A DNA stretch of 64,000 nt from a virus: positions 1 through 64,000 of IMG/VR virus record IMGVR_UViG_3300044640_001517. One strand, written 5' to 3'. The position numbers and the translations under genes are program-made. The notes below the pieces were generated by a model, which saw only the letters and a program-made list of their open reading frames with translations, had not been told where the DNA came from and did no database searches. This document shows, piece by piece, positions 26,835-36,325 of this stretch (the stretch's first letter is position 1; every line of letters begins with the position of its first letter).

Positions 26835-28627
26835 TATGAACCTGCTTTCTCTGTCTTGAGCATGGCAAGCAATTGATCCTTATCGCGAACGATCTGTTCA
26901 AAGTTGTCTGCTTTTGTGTCGAGTACGTCGATGACGCGCTCCTCTATTGTTCCCTCAGTGACATAGTCCATGATCACGATTGAGTCATGGATTTCGCTGC
27001 CGATGCGGTGAACGCGATCCATCGCCTGCTTGTGATCCACAAGAGACCACGGACGTTGGAGCATTACCAATCTGCGCGCGGCTGTGAGCGTGATTCCAAC
27101 GCCACCTGCCTGTGCGGTAAACAAGACCCACTTGATCTTGCCTGACTGGAAATCATCTACCGCCTTCTGACGTTCGTCTTCGTCTTGGGCGCCGGTAATA
27201 AGACCGTGCGGGATCTTTGCCTTTGTCATTTCTTTGCTGAGCAACTCAATTAGCTGACGCGACACCGCGCAGACAGCGACTGAATCATCTCCAAAGTCAC
27301 CGCTCGCAATATCGTCCATAAGCGCGTCAACCTTGCATGATGGACCGACAAGACGCACTTGGCTTTCGCCCGTAATCTCATCAACCTGCATCTCTGCAAA
27401 CGAACTCGCAAACTGTAGTAGGCGTGTTGTCTGCGTGAGTGGACTTGGCGCAGTTACCGCAGATCCACCTTCAAGTTCTGCGATCATAAGATCACGCATC
27501 TGGTCATACGCTTTCTTCTGTTTTGATGACATCTCAATGTCGCGGCGTTCCTTGAGTACAGGCGGAAGCCACGGAAGCACGCGTGCCTTAAGCATTCTGC
27601 GCATACGAGGATTTATCGCGGCATAGAATTCTTCGTTCATGTGAGGCTTTACGCCGATCACAATCATTCCGCCAAACGCGTTGAGCATTGTGTCAACCAT
27701 GCGATCGATCCAGCGTGTCTTACTTGGCCACTCACTTGGTGACAACCAGTGAAGGATTGGCCAGAGGTCAAGAACGTTGTTTGCGATCGGTGTTCCAGTG
27801 AGCGCAAAGCGAACGTCTGCATCGCCTGTTGCCGCCCATAGTGCACGCGTCTGCTTTGACTTTGGATCTTTAGAGCGGTGAATCTCGTCAGCAACAACAA
27901 CCTTGAAGTCGATACCGTTGAGTTCACGCTTGTGGATCTCACAACGATTTTCACTTACTTTTTCGTCGTGGCCACCGCAATCAGTGCAACGTGCTAGTGC
28001 AACAGAGCCATAAGGCGCCAGTCGCGAGTGTGAGCGCAATGACTCCCAGTTGATTACGTATACATCAGCCTCTGTATCGAATTGCTTGCGGCGTTGACCT
28101 GCTGAACCTTTGATGACCTGGACGCGAACGCCAGGCCACCACATCTTAAACTCACGTTCCCAGTTTTTCTTGAGCGTGTTAGGGCAAACAACCAAGGCAG
28201 GAAATACTTCTTCAGTCTCTGACAGTTTCTTAATTGCACGAATTGTCTGTGCTGTCTTACCAAGACCTGGTTCATCGGCGAGCAACGCGCGACGTGCAGT
28301 TGACAAGAACGCAACGCCGGCGCGCTGATGAGGAAACAGATCTTCATCGCCTTCAAAGGTGTCAAGATCACGTAGGGCGTTCGCCGGCGAGATTCTCGTT
28401 GCGAGTTCATTTGCGGCCCACGCCGACAGTTTTGGTCCAATTACAAGATCTGACCTAAATACCGATCGAAGTGCGAGGCACGATGACCAGCCCAGTGGCA
28501 CGCGCCACGCTTGATCCGATGCTGACCATGTCGCACCTGGGATACTCTTGCATAATTCCTTAAAACGCCACTCTGTTTCAATACGGATGTGTTCTCCCGT
28601 ACTGTTAAGATCTACATTTACTGGCAC
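26834..28627 (-). CDS. SNF2-family helicase
   Basis: LADEPGLGKT, DEIH, LTGTP, GGVGITLT, QAMDRVHRIG. Confidence 0.92.
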   Translation of the reverse strand: MPVNVDLNSTGEHIRIETEWRFKELCKSIPGATWSASDQAWRVPLGWSSCLALRSVFRSDLVIGPKLSAWAANELATRISPANALRDLDTFEGDEDLFPHQRAGVAFLSTARRALLADEPGLGKTAQTIRAIKKLSETEEVFPALVVCPNTLKKNWEREFKMWWPGVRVQVIKGSAGQRRKQFDTEADVYVINWESLRSHSRLAPYGSVALARCTDCGGHDEKVSENRCEIHKRELNGIDFKVVVADEIHRSKDPKSKQTRALWAATGDADVRFALTGTPIANNVLDLWPILHWLSPSEWPSKTRWIDRMVDTMLNAFGGMIVIGVKPHMNEEFYAAINPRMRRMLKARVLPWLPPVLKERRDIEMSSKQKKAYDQMRDLMIAELEGGSAVTAPSPLTQTTRLLQFASSFAEMQVDEITGESQVRLVGPSCKVDALMDDIASGDFGDDSVAVCAVSRQLIELLSKEMTKAKIPHGLITGAQDEDERQKAVDDFQSGKIKWVLFTAQAGGVGITLTAARRLVMLQRPWSLVDHKQAMDRVHRIGSEIHDSIVIMDYVTEGTIEERVIDVLDTKADNFEQIVRDKDQLLAMLKTEKAGS

Positions 28628-28719
28628 GTATCAAATTCCTTTTGTCGTTGCGTAGGTGTCACTATACCATATACTAAGTCAAAATTGCATTAGTTTTGGA
28701 TAATTCTTTCTTAGTATTT

Positions 28720-29184
28720 TTATTGGAGCAGTCTTCGGGGTGTCCAGCCCTTTTTAGCAAGATAAAGCAGCCCGTGGCGGATTGCATCAAGGGCGTGACC
28801 TTCCCCGCCTTTATGCCAGTAGTCAAGCTTCTTGAGCGCCTCGTTTGGGAACATTCTCTTGGCGTCTACAGGACTTTGAAGCACAATCGACTCTGGACTT
28901 GCGCAGGTGGATTCACGCGCAAGATGCTTGAGAACGCCGATCTGCTCGAGTGAGTACGGTGCCTGCGAGTTCTTTGCGGTCTGCGCCGTGATAGTAAATC
29001 GCTCACAGGCGATCTCGAGATCTACCCGAGCATCAAGTGCCATGTCAAGTCCACGACGAACCGCGGTTGCAAACTCGTCTGCTTGGTATTCACCCGACCA
29101 AAGAAGCTCTGGCTCGCCATCTGAAAATGAAAATAGACAGATACCGCTGGCTTTACCAGGATCTACTGCAAGGATCAATCTCAT
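28720..29184 (-). CDS. RuvC-like Holliday junction resolvase
   Basis: ILAVDPG..SG, ACERF, EQIG, H..DA.RH. Confidence 0.75.
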   Translation of the reverse strand: MRLILAVDPGKASGICLFSFSDGEPELLWSGEYQADEFATAVRRGLDMALDARVDLEIACERFTITAQTAKNSQAPYSLEQIGVLKHLARESTCASPESIVLQSPVDAKRMFPNEALKKLDYWHKGGEGHALDAIRHGLLYLAKKGWTPRRLLQ

Positions 29185-31007
29185 AGGTACTTATCTCCCC
29201 AACACTCAAGCGGACCGTCAACGTCTGCTGTTAATGGAACTGCCCAACCTTCACGCGTTGTCATGCACTCGCGAACAAGTTTCTTGATCTCTTCGGCGTC
29301 CTTACGCGGAGCATTGAGCACAATTTCGTCGTGCACCGGAACGATAAGAAGTTCCGTGAGATCTGCTTGATCGAGTTTTACAAGGTTGCTCTTGAATACC
29401 TCGGCCGCGCCGCCTTGAATCAGATAGTTGACAAGTGTATACACACGGCCATCGTCACATGGAAGACGTCGTCCGGTCCAGGTGTATACATATCCCTGTC
29501 CCTCGGACTTAAATCTACGCATGCCAACGTCTTCAATCTGACGTTGGAAGTGACTCATTCCTGGGAATCGCGAGTCAAACGCGTCAGACACTGACTTCAT
29601 CTGTCCCTCAAGCACGCCGGCGGTGATCGCCTGCTTTGCAACACCTGCGCCGTATAGGCGACCGTAGACCATGCTCTTGATGAGGTTACGACGTTTATCA
29701 GACTTCTTCATCGTTGGATCTTCGTACACCTCGCGACCAATCTCCGTAAACGGATCTGATCCTGTAGCGTCAGCAAGATGAAACAGGTTTACAAGGTTTT
29801 GATCTTGTGAGAGACTTGCAAACATGCGGAACTCAACCTGATCGAGGTCCGAGGTGATGATTACATGGTCCTCGTCTTTTGGAATAAACGCGCGACGAAC
29901 GACGTCATCGCCTTTTGGCAACGTTTGAAGTGCTGGGCTTGTAATCGACATGCGACTAGTACGAGCACCGAGAGTACGGACAGACGGATGAACCACGCCG
30001 TCAATAGACTCAGTAAGGAAGTTCGAGAAGTATGTGTTGGCAAGTTTGTCGGCCTTTCGTTGTTTAAGTACTGTGTCAGCGAGGTTCTTTACCTCGTCAT
30101 TTCCGTCACGGAGAAGAATCTTTAGCTGATCCTTTGTGCAGGACTTCTGTCCTGTCGGCGTATACTCCGTGATCTCTGCGCCGAGACTTTCAAATAAACG
30201 TACAAGTTGAACGTTACTTGTGATTGACGTTCCGCTATAGGTTTGCTTTGCCCACGCCTTAACCTTCTCGGTATACGCAGTGAGTTCGTCAAACTTTTGC
30301 TTAGAGTAGTCGAGGTTTACACGTGCTCCATTCAACTCCATGCGCGTCACAATTTTGCGCGTCGCCATCTCGAGTTCATACGCTTTTTGGTACGGACCAT
30401 CAGGACCGCACTGCTTGTAGAACAACTCCCAGAGACGGGTTGTTAGCACACAGTCAAGCGCACCGTATGACCAATATGGTTGAAAGTTTGTTGGCACAGT
30501 TCCCCATGTCCAACCGTTCTTTGCAAGCTCAACGTCGAGTGTTTCCTGTAACGCAACCGCACGACTGTCAACATGCAATGCTGCAAGACGTTTTAGCGCG
30601 CCTGATCCTAGTGGATCGATGACGTGCGCCATAATCATTGTGTCATGCGCGCGGTGCCAAGGCATCTCCCAACGTGACTTGACAGCGAACCAACGAGCCT
30701 CAAACGCGATGTTGTGGCAGATGATCGGGCCGTCAAACTTATCCATCGCTTCATAAAATACGCCGCCCCACTCGTTCCACGGAATTGACCAACCCTGTTC
30801 ACCGTCGCCAACCTGCACAAGACGAAGTTGACCGTGCCACGGAGAGAACGCATGTTCACGCGGATTACCTGGAAGTTCTCCTGTTTCAGTGTCAATTGAG
30901 ATCGCGTCATACGGACGACGTTGACCTAGCCAATGAATGAAATCGTTGGCCTTCTGTGCTGAGTCAACGAGATGTAACTGAACATCTGAAAGATTATTGG
31001 TTGTCAT
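29181..31007 (-). CDS. polA: Family A DNA polymerase with a 3'-5' exonuclease domain
   Basis: DTET, DLDQVEFR (motif A), RNLIKSMVYGRLYG (motif B), NYLIQG, VHDEI (motif C). Confidence 0.95.
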   Translation of the reverse strand: MTTNNLSDVQLHLVDSAQKANDFIHWLGQRRPYDAISIDTETGELPGNPREHAFSPWHGQLRLVQVGDGEQGWSIPWNEWGGVFYEAMDKFDGPIICHNIAFEARWFAVKSRWEMPWHRAHDTMIMAHVIDPLGSGALKRLAALHVDSRAVALQETLDVELAKNGWTWGTVPTNFQPYWSYGALDCVLTTRLWELFYKQCGPDGPYQKAYELEMATRKIVTRMELNGARVNLDYSKQKFDELTAYTEKVKAWAKQTYSGTSITSNVQLVRLFESLGAEITEYTPTGQKSCTKDQLKILLRDGNDEVKNLADTVLKQRKADKLANTYFSNFLTESIDGVVHPSVRTLGARTSRMSITSPALQTLPKGDDVVRRAFIPKDEDHVIITSDLDQVEFRMFASLSQDQNLVNLFHLADATGSDPFTEIGREVYEDPTMKKSDKRRNLIKSMVYGRLYGAGVAKQAITAGVLEGQMKSVSDAFDSRFPGMSHFQRQIEDVGMRRFKSEGQGYVYTWTGRRLPCDDGRVYTLVNYLIQGGAAEVFKSNLVKLDQADLTELLIVPVHDEIVLNAPRKDAEEIKKLVRECMTTREGWAVPLTADVDGPLECWGDKYL

Positions 31008-31504
31008 AGATATGTCGTTCCTTGAGGCGTGTCTCTGTCGATTGTTGTTACGAGTATTCCGCAGTTCCTGAGATATGTAACTGATGTCTCAGGATTGCGA
31101 TGCGCGTCCACTCCGCCTATTCTACATACAACTCGCTTGATTCCTGAGTTTGATATGAGCTTTGCACATTGCATACACGGAGGGCTGCTAATGTAGATAG
31201 TTCCACCCTCGCTCAACGAGCGATCTACATACAAAAGTGCGTTTGCCTCGGCGTGGATCGCAGGGCAGGCATCATACATATTGTCAAGTGGTGCAACGCC
31301 TTTTGCGCGATCGCACCAGTTGATGCACTCACCAGACTCTGGCCAACTTGCGGCAGGTCCATTGTAGCCTGTTGCGACGATGTGCTGATCGTGCGAAACA
31401 ATTGCAGCACCCATCTGTGCACGGGTACAGCGTGATCGTTTTGCTACGGCGTCAACGACCGCAAGCCAGGTATCGTCCCAAGACGGACGATTGTCACTTG
31501 CCAT
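31004..31504 (-). CDS. dCMP deaminase
   Basis: RPSWD, TGYNG, HAEANA, PC..C. Start at ATG 31504. Confidence 0.9.
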   Translation of the reverse strand: MASDNRPSWDDTWLAVVDAVAKRSRCTRAQMGAAIVSHDQHIVATGYNGPAASWPESGECINWCDRAKGVAPLDNMYDACPAIHAEANALLYVDRSLSEGGTIYISSPPCMQCAKLISNSGIKRVVCRIGGVDAHRNPETSVTYLRNCGILVTTIDRDTPQGTTYL

Positions 31505-31670
31505 TCTGTTCCCTGTGGTTATTTGCCTCGTTGATTGTTCCGGCCATGATCCGAGCAAGTAGCTCAATCGCGTCGCGTCGTGAGAACCCAGCTGCCTTGA
31601 GCGTGATAAACAACTCATGCATGCTGATGGCCGCGTCTTTCATCGGTGAGTTGTACTCGTCTTTTGCCAC
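31494..31670 (-). CDS. Small protein missed by the ORF track (58 aa, MAKDEYNSP...HELFITLKAAGFSRRDAIELL)
   Basis: Hand translation; fills the gap between the TS-like and deaminase genes exactly. Confidence 0.7.
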   Translation of the reverse strand: MAKDEYNSPMKDAAISMHELFITLKAAGFSRRDAIELLARIMAGTINEANNHREQNGK

Positions 31671-31671
31671 T

Positions 31672-32532
31672 TTATTGTTCTTTCTTCTTGTTGTTCTCGA
31701 TCGCCTTTGCCATAACGTCTGTGTACCAACGTTCGGCAGGAGTTAGACGATCGCGAAGTTCTGTCTGATACACAGCCTTGAGTGCGATCAGCGCAGACGA
31801 TTCAACCTCGCGCCACGTACGACCTGTGATCTCTGGGTTCGCCTCGACCTTGTCTGTATACTTGAGTCCTTCCGCGGCTTCGTAGTGATCTGCGTAGATA
31901 TGCAATGATCCAACGTGATGTGAATATGTACCCGGTTCGATCTGCAAAATAGAACAGATCGCAAGCTGCGCACGTGAGAACTGAAAGAAATCGTAAGCTG
32001 CGCCAAGCCACACATCGTTTGATCGCATGTACACACTCATGTTGAGCTTGTTCTTGCGGATACGGAACTGGTGTAGCACTGTGCACGGATAGTCACGCTT
32101 GTTTTCTTGTGTATCGAGCTGTGGACTCCACATTGTGATTACGCCCTGACGGGTATCTGGGTCGCGCTTGAGACGCTCGATGATGATCTCATATTGACCT
32201 TTTGTCCGCGTACCGTATGAGCCGTGGAACATTCCGTCATCTTCGATGTAGTTCTTAAACTGTGGGCCGATGTCAATTACGAGTTCAGGAATACTTACGC
32301 CTGAGAGCAACTGCAGCGCCTCAACAGCACCGATACCTGAGACGGGGTTACGGTTCACATTGAGTGGAAGTGCCGCACGAATATCGTGGATATGAATTGT
32401 CGCGTCTTCAATCTCACGCGTCTTCATTCCACGAGGTGCAACCTCTTCGCCATGCTTAAGAACATGCTGGACAAGATCAACATAGCCGTTTACGCCGTCT
32501 TGAATCTCAATTGTCTTTATGGAAGTATCCAC
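31672..32532 (-). CDS. Thymidylate-synthase-family enzyme, dCMP-type (likely dCMP hydroxymethylase)
   Basis: YG.R, D..TRQ, PCT, MRSNDVWLGAAYD (Asp at the specificity position), SLHIY. Confidence 0.8.
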   Translation of the reverse strand: MDTSIKTIEIQDGVNGYVDLVQHVLKHGEEVAPRGMKTREIEDATIHIHDIRAALPLNVNRNPVSGIGAVEALQLLSGVSIPELVIDIGPQFKNYIEDDGMFHGSYGTRTKGQYEIIIERLKRDPDTRQGVITMWSPQLDTQENKRDYPCTVLHQFRIRKNKLNMSVYMRSNDVWLGAAYDFFQFSRAQLAICSILQIEPGTYSHHVGSLHIYADHYEAAEGLKYTDKVEANPEITGRTWREVESSALIALKAVYQTELRDRLTPAERWYTDVMAKAIENNKKKEQ

Positions 32533-33515
32533 GGGTCTCCTTCTGTAGTTTCTTTATTTGCAAATCTTTCAAGTGCAAGTCCGTACTCTACCCGGTCATG
32601 GTGATGAAACCGGCGAACATACTGCGGGTGAGGTGCAACGACAATGTCTGCAGAACTTACTCCAGAGCGGAGTAGACGCTTCTCGGCCATTCGACCAAGC
32701 GCGACAATCTGCGGCTGCCCCAGTGCCATCCACAGTTCAATGAATCTCATGTTCTTGACGTCATCAGAGTTTACAACTCCTACCTCACGCCAGAGTGTCT
32801 CGGGTAGCGCCGATAATAGGTAGTCGCCAGAGTTTCCGTTATACGGCATGAACGGAAGTATTGTGCCGTCTTTGTTGATGCGATCATCGCCAACGAGGAG
32901 AGCCTTTGGCTTTACAGCTCCGATGTACTCTGGAAACTCGCGGAGAAACTCAGCGGCATATACCCGCTTTGTCGCGATCTCGATGAGCGCGGCTGCAAGA
33001 TTCGGTATCTCGTCCATGCTGTCCGGCTGCGGCGTAATTGTTCCGGCAAGACCGTGGGTAGATTTAGCAGCTGTCGCGTATAGCCCAATGATTGTTTCCA
33101 GATCTTGTTCAGTTACATAGTCATCGCCACGCCCTCTCAGACGCATCTGGATGACATCTAAGGGCTGGTAAAGCCAGAATTGGGATACTCCACGGGACGC
33201 CAAAACCATCTCAACCCAACGCCACCCAGGGATACCAAGCAGTCCGTAGTTATCGTTTATACAGGTGTGAGGACGCTTGAGCGGTGCATATGTCGCCTCG
33301 CCCCAGTGCCAGCGATCCGCCACCCAGTATTCATTTAAGAAGTCAGTATTTTCAATGCTGGCGCCGTACTCGTTTAGCACCCAAAGGCGAGATTCTTCTT
33401 GGGGACGACCTTGATGAATTGTGCGCACAGGTCCGCGTTCTTCGAGCTGTCGCGCAATCTCTGCGCATAGAGAACTTTTTCCAGAGGCGTCTGTGCCTTC
33501 TACTGCGATAAACAT
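32517..33515 (-). CDS. dNMP (thymidylate-type) kinase fused to a UDG-like domain
   Basis: EGTDASGKSS P-loop, DRW..GE..Y, RG.DY. C-terminal LLVG...PF...SG.YL...N...IVALG..A...PHPQY. Confidence 0.75.
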   Translation of the reverse strand: MFIAVEGTDASGKSSLCAEIARQLEERGPVRTIHQGRPQEESRLWVLNEYGASIENTDFLNEYWVADRWHWGEATYAPLKRPHTCINDNYGLLGIPGWRWVEMVLASRGVSQFWLYQPLDVIQMRLRGRGDDYVTEQDLETIIGLYATAAKSTHGLAGTITPQPDSMDEIPNLAAALIEIATKRVYAAEFLREFPEYIGAVKPKALLVGDDRINKDGTILPFMPYNGNSGDYLLSALPETLWREVGVVNSDDVKNMRFIELWMALGQPQIVALGRMAEKRLLRSGVSSADIVVAPHPQYVRRFHHHDRVEYGLALERFANKETTEGDPWILP

Positions 33516-33570
33516 GTCTGTCGTCCTTTGGTCATTGTGGGTACTACTATAACAATAAGTCGCCTTTGAT

Positions 33571-34056
33571 TTAGGGAATCATTTCTATTTTATAGATCGA
33601 CTCAATTCCTTTATCTACCTGTGCAGATTCTTCAAGAAGTCTTTGCGCAACATTTGTTAGGTAGCGTGCGCCAGCATTGTCATACTTATACAGCGCCTCG
33701 AGCACAGCACCTGGATCTTCACTTACCTGCGCCCAGTAGCGATCTTTCTCTGGAAAGATAAGTCCAGCCTCGAGCCGTGGACCGCAGTCAGGGCAGGGCA
33801 CAGCGTCTTGCTTGATCTCACTTGCTGGAATTTCTTGAAGACCGTATCGCTTAACTAGATGGCAGGCCGCGCCGTGAAAAGTAACGGATACGCCAACTCG
33901 AGAAAGTATGTACGCTCCGTTTTCTGTTCTATATAGCTCGAATTCGATCCAGCGCGTAGAACCGCTCTTCCATGAAGACGATTTGCCTAGTAACTTTCCG
34001 TTAAACTGAAGCGTGCGTGAGCCATCTTTTACTTGAATCATTGGTCTATTTTCCAT
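33571..34056 (-). CDS. Hypothetical phage protein
   Basis: 161-aa ORF with an upstream TGa-TATTAT; contains CPDC. Confidence 0.7.
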   Translation of the reverse strand: MENRPMIQVKDGSRTLQFNGKLLGKSSSWKSGSTRWIEFELYRTENGAYILSRVGVSVTFHGAACHLVKRYGLQEIPASEIKQDAVPCPDCGPRLEAGLIFPEKDRYWAQVSEDPGAVLEALYKYDNAGARYLTNVAQRLLEESAQVDKGIESIYKIEMIP

Positions 34057-34102
34057 CTCTGTGTGCTTGTGTCAATAATATCAACAACTAAAAATAATGA
34101 TG

Positions 34103-34270
34103 TTACTTCTTCATCTGTGCAATTTGGTCTTGAAGTGTGCGGACTGTCGCCTTAAGAATAGCGTTATCTCTGGCGTAGTTTGCCACCTGAATACTTAGCT
34201 CGTTTATGATCAACATCGGGCTGAGATCAGAAGGTATATCTTGTGCTGTTATTGGTGCAGGATTGCTCAT
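34103..34270 (-). CDS. Small coiled-coil protein missed by the ORF track (55 aa)
   Basis: Hand translation MSNPAPIT...ELSIQVANYARDNAILKATVRTLQDQIAQMKK; starts immediately after the upstream stop. Confidence 0.65.
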   Translation of the reverse strand: MSNPAPITAQDIPSDLSPMLIINELSIQVANYARDNAILKATVRTLQDQIAQMKK

Positions 34271-35620
34271 TTATATTCCGTTCGACGTTGACTCGATGTA
34301 GTTATACCAGCGAACAGCCGCGTATCGTGTGCCAGTGACAACGGGGTCTACGCGGTGCATGTTCTGAAATCCTGAACTAAACAAGACTATTTTTCCAGCC
34401 TCTCGCTTGATTGGTAGGTTGAAGTGTTGAAAATGCAGATCTCCACCGGTGTAGTCATCGTTGAGAAGCGCAGATACTGATAAGACGCGCTGGAACTCAA
34501 AGCAATCATCAACGTGGTTATGAAATGATCCGCCACGCTCGTACCTGGTGATCTGCCAGTTATATGACTTAAGTCGAGGCACGTTGTACATTGCCCTAAA
34601 GTCTTCGACCATCGGCGCGATACCGGCCTCGAGACTTTCATACAGTCTTCGGATTGGATCGTGCGGATGGCAGCTTAGCTGCGTCTCATTGATGAACTTT
34701 ACGTAGCAAGTTCGTGCATTATAGTTTACAGCAGCCTCACGCTTGTCATCGAGTACCTGTGCAGGCTCCCACTGACGAAAACATGAGTTTTGCGCAAGAC
34801 CTCGAAGAAGATTGGCAGCTTCCTTTGTTGTCCTGTACGCGACAATTCCAGGTGCAAGAACCTCGCGGTCAACAATGGGTATATCAACAAGCTCAACCGG
34901 ATCATCAACATAGTCACCAAGGATCTGGTCATAGAGAGACAAGACACCTGAGTACTCGTGACAACTGCATGTTGGCTGTTTTACTGGAGGATCTGGTAGA
35001 GGTATGTACCTGTTGCGATTGAAAAATCTAATGTCGCCGTCACTTCCATACCTTCCAATACTCTTTGGGCTTTTCTGAATCCAATGATCTGGACGGGTAA
35101 AGTGCAAGAAAAGAACAGTTGTAAACCGCTCTTTACTCAATGTCGGGAACGGTGGTCGCGCGTGAATATGTTGTTGACCAGCAAATATAATAGCCTCGTT
35201 GTCGTGCTGCTCATATTCATTGCCTTCTACAATTAAGTTCCAGTTGGCTGTGTTCTCAATCGTGATGTCAATTGTTGTCTGTGTACCGTTCTGGTCAGTA
35301 TGTGGCCATAGGTGCGGGACGCACCCGTCAACTGACTGATATCTTGTTGCAAAGAAGTAGGCCTTCTTTAGCGAGTCATCATTGAACAACTCCCTGGCGC
35401 GTTTGATCATGTATTCTTCAATATCCTGCGAAAATGACACAGGCGATTCCCAGCGGCCGATCATTGTGTGATACTGAAGTGGACCGCCCGGGCCCATCTT
35501 TAGGTTGTTTACAGTTTCTTTTACGCGAGCAAACATCTCGTCTGAAAAGAAAGACTTGATTACAACAGGCTCACTTATTAGTGGATCTGGAAGATCAAAC
35601 TGAATTTGTCCGTTGCGCAT
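34271..35620 (-). CDS. Tandem (two-domain) Fe(II)/2OG oxygenase
   Basis: Domain 1: LWPHTD...W...HIHARP...FLHF. Domain 2: HNHVD, LLNDDYTGGDL.F, HRV.PV..GTRY. Confidence 0.85.
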   Translation of the reverse strand: MRNGQIQFDLPDPLISEPVVIKSFFSDEMFARVKETVNNLKMGPGGPLQYHTMIGRWESPVSFSQDIEEYMIKRARELFNDDSLKKAYFFATRYQSVDGCVPHLWPHTDQNGTQTTIDITIENTANWNLIVEGNEYEQHDNEAIIFAGQQHIHARPPFPTLSKERFTTVLFLHFTRPDHWIQKSPKSIGRYGSDGDIRFFNRNRYIPLPDPPVKQPTCSCHEYSGVLSLYDQILGDYVDDPVELVDIPIVDREVLAPGIVAYRTTKEAANLLRGLAQNSCFRQWEPAQVLDDKREAAVNYNARTCYVKFINETQLSCHPHDPIRRLYESLEAGIAPMVEDFRAMYNVPRLKSYNWQITRYERGGSFHNHVDDCFEFQRVLSVSALLNDDYTGGDLHFQHFNLPIKREAGKIVLFSSGFQNMHRVDPVVTGTRYAAVRWYNYIESTSNGI

Positions 35621-35621
35621 G

Positions 35622-35861
35622 TTACCACTTGCCAAGTGGACATTTTGCTCCAAGAAGTTTGGTCTTCATGTTCATAAAACATCCGCATTCTCGGCATTGT
35701 TTTGTGAGTGTAATTAGACGGTCACATTGGACGCAGATATCCATACGAGAGTTAGAAAGGTCTTCATTTGCGCGTGGAACATGCGGATTAAAGAAATCAA
35801 GCGGAGTTACATTGTCTCCGTATTTCTCCTTAAATTGCTCCCACCGTGACTTTGGCTTCAT
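35622..35861 (-). CDS. Cys-rich DUF6171-like protein
   Basis: R..IC..C.......QC.ECGCFM..KT.L....CPLGKW. Confidence 0.75.
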   Translation of the reverse strand: MKPKSRWEQFKEKYGDNVTPLDFFNPHVPRANEDLSNSRMDICVQCDRLITLTKQCRECGCFMNMKTKLLGAKCPLGKW

Positions 35862-36286
35862 CAGACAACCCGTCCCATTCCGTCAATTCGACGTTCAACG
35901 CCGTTGATCGTCTGCATGATGTAAAAGCCTTCATCGTCGTGCTTCCAGCCTGTCGCAACCTGCCTACTTCGCTCGCGAGTTATACGAATCGCCTTAGCCT
36001 CACTAAGAAGTACAGCCGTAAACAGCTCGTTGAGAATAAGTTCAGTTATGCCATTCTCGTCTTCAACGCCGTACTCATCAGTGGCGCGAACGATCTCAAC
36101 CTCGTTTCCGTCGATTACCTCAGTAAACGAAGAGTATGTTGGATTTGTGAGAAAGAACGCACCCGCTGAAGGAGAGAATGCGTCTGCGTAGACGACGTCT
36201 CCGTCAATGACAAACGCAATAGCGATGCCAGTCTGCTGCCCGTCGCGCTCAAGTGAATATATAACGTCTTGTGTAGTTAGTCTCAT
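35861..36286 (-). CDS. Hypothetical protein
   Basis: IAFVIDG.V and GWKHD..GF; leaderless TGa-TAAATT-N7-ATG. Confidence 0.7.
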   Translation of the reverse strand: MRLTTQDVIYSLERDGQQTGIAIAFVIDGDVVYADAFSPSAGAFFLTNPTYSSFTEVIDGNEVEIVRATDEYGVEDENGITELILNELFTAVLLSEAKAIRITRERSRQVATGWKHDDEGFYIMQTINGVERRIDGMGRVV

Positions 36287-36325
36287 GATGCTTAATTTAT
36301 CATCTAATCAAGTAAAAAAGCGAAC

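Noticed and set aside
31672-32532. Annotation as an ordinary ThyA
   Set aside because: The specificity residue is Asp (GAAYD), not Asn (GLPFN), and the context is kinase, dCTPase-like and GT-B genes.
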